From Prasinococcaceae sp. CCMP 1430 (Eukaryota; Plantae; Prasinodermophyta), in the NCBI GenBank assembly GCA_013416795.1, contig RQSC01001245.1, positions 1 through 5,645 on the forward strand: a stretch of DNA of 5,645 nucleotides, written 5' to 3'. Positions within the stretch are counted from its first letter, which is position 1, and each line of letters begins with the position of its first letter. A model generated the notes under the pieces. That model saw only the letters and a list, made by a program, of their open reading frames with translations, ran no database searches and had not been told where the DNA came from. A program made the position numbers and the translations under genes. This document shows positions 4,692-5,645 of this stretch, in pieces.

Positions 4692-5447
4692 TCAATCGTC
4701 CTGTGTCTTGGCACGCCTCTTCGCGAGCATGGCAGCCAGCTCATTCTGCGCGTCGCCGCCCATGCCAGGCATCGCAAAGCTTCCGCGCGGCACGGCCGGC
4801 CTAGGAGGCGATGCAGCCGGAGCTTGCTGCTGAGCAAGCCGCTGCGGCCCGAGCGAAGCCGGCTCGGCAGGCACAGATGCGGCTGCCGACACGACCCCCG
4901 GCGGAGTAGCTGCCGCCGCAGGCGTCTGCTTGCGGCGAGGTCGCCTCGCGGCGCTCATAGGCCTACTCTTGACGACGCTTGCGAGCGGGACAAACGACGC
5001 GGCGTCGAGCACAGACGCCAGATCATCAGCGCCACATGCGCCCGCCGCAGCCTCTGCAGCAGGTGGCGGTGTGGGTGCCGGCGCCGGCGCCGGCGCCAGC
5101 GCTGGCAAGGGCGCTGGCGCGGGCGCCAATGCGGTTGCAGGGGCCGCGACGCTGTTGACGGGGGCGCCAGACTCATTGCGGGCCTGCCGGATCGGCGCCT
5201 TCTCAGCCACCGACGCCTTGTGTGCTGGCGCAGGGCCCGCAGCAGCTTCGCAGCTCGCCCAGAACAGCTCCGATTCGCGCGAGGCAGCGACTCTATCAGC
5301 CGCGAGCCTAATGCGTGCCGCAGTGTCGCCATCACCAACAGCTATCAACGTCTCTGTGGCCCTGAGCGCGCGTGACACCCCTACGAGCTCCCTCTCGAGC
5401 TGCGCCTTCATCAGCGCCGCGCCCTGCTCCGCTGGCGCCGGCCCCAT
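4692..5447 (-). CDS. Hypothetical 251-aa protein: N-terminal helical region, Ala/Pro-rich linker, C-terminal amphipathic basic helix (NELAAMLAKRRAK)
   Basis: First ATG of the open frame is in good context (gccagcATGg at 5447); the ORF track starts at an upstream GTG (5597), unlikely in a eukaryote. Stop TGA at 4694-4692. Codons are mostly G/C-ending and the helical ends look like real protein. Extra upstream exons cannot be excluded. Confidence 0.62.
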   Translation of the reverse strand: MGPAPAEQGAALMKAQLERELVGVSRALRATETLIAVGDGDTAARIRLAADRVAASRESELFWASCEAAAGPAPAHKASVAEKAPIRQARNESGAPVNSVAAPATALAPAPAPLPALAPAPAPAPTPPPAAEAAAGACGADDLASVLDAASFVPLASVVKSRPMSAARRPRRKQTPAAAATPPGVVSAAASVPAEPASLGPQRLAQQQAPAASPPRPAVPRGSFAMPGMGGDAQNELAAMLAKRRAKTQDD

Positions 5448-5602
5448 GCTGGCGACGACTTCCCCCCTCCCCTCCCCTCTCTTCGAGCCCTTCCGAGGAC
5501 CGAGACGGCCTCCGAAAGCGCCCCGCCTCACCCCGCTGATCCGCTCATGCGCGTGGCCTCGCGGATTCTGCCGAGGCGCGGCCCGCGCCGCGTGCACGCC
5601 CT

Positions 5603-5605
<3 letters not shown>

Positions 5606-5645
<40 letters not shown>
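5606..5645. repeat. Poly-C homopolymer, at least 40 nt, running to the window end
   Basis: Read directly; it may be genuine or a sequencing/assembly artefact. Confidence 0.9.

Noticed and set aside
4350-5375. 341-aa plus-strand ORF
   Set aside because: TTG start and Arg-rich low-complexity translation. It overlaps the better supported small gene and is antisense to the 251-aa gene.

Overview
This is GC-rich eukaryotic genomic DNA (roughly 70% GC by eye) from an organism with a motile flagellum/cilium, probably a microalga or other protist; I cannot fix the lineage from this window. From 5' to 3' it holds: (1) a 493-bp non-autonomous DNA transposon (238-730) with ~175-bp terminal inverted repeats (TIRs), CAG...CTG ends and TA duplications (Tc1/mariner-type MITE), next to a TACAGTA footprint-like heptamer and a C/A-only tract; (2) about 1.4 kb of apparently non-coding DNA with microsatellites, A-tracts and several palindromes; (3) a two-exon GAS8/DRC4 gene (nexin-dynein regulatory complex), join(2208..2255,2511..3893), 476 aa, whose in-frame intron is wrongly read through in the ORF track; (4) a two-exon 54-aa gene absent from the ORF track, join(4160..4246,4465..4542), resembling plant-type TOM5; (5) a convergent minus-strand gene (5447..4692, 251 aa) for an Ala/Pro-rich protein ending in a helix like the Ena/VASP F-actin-binding motif; (6) a 40-nt poly-C run reaching the window edge. 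I see no evidence that these form a new multi-gene system. The most interesting items are the hidden TOM5-like gene, the long-TIR MITE with its footprint-like flank, and the possible actin-binding protein.
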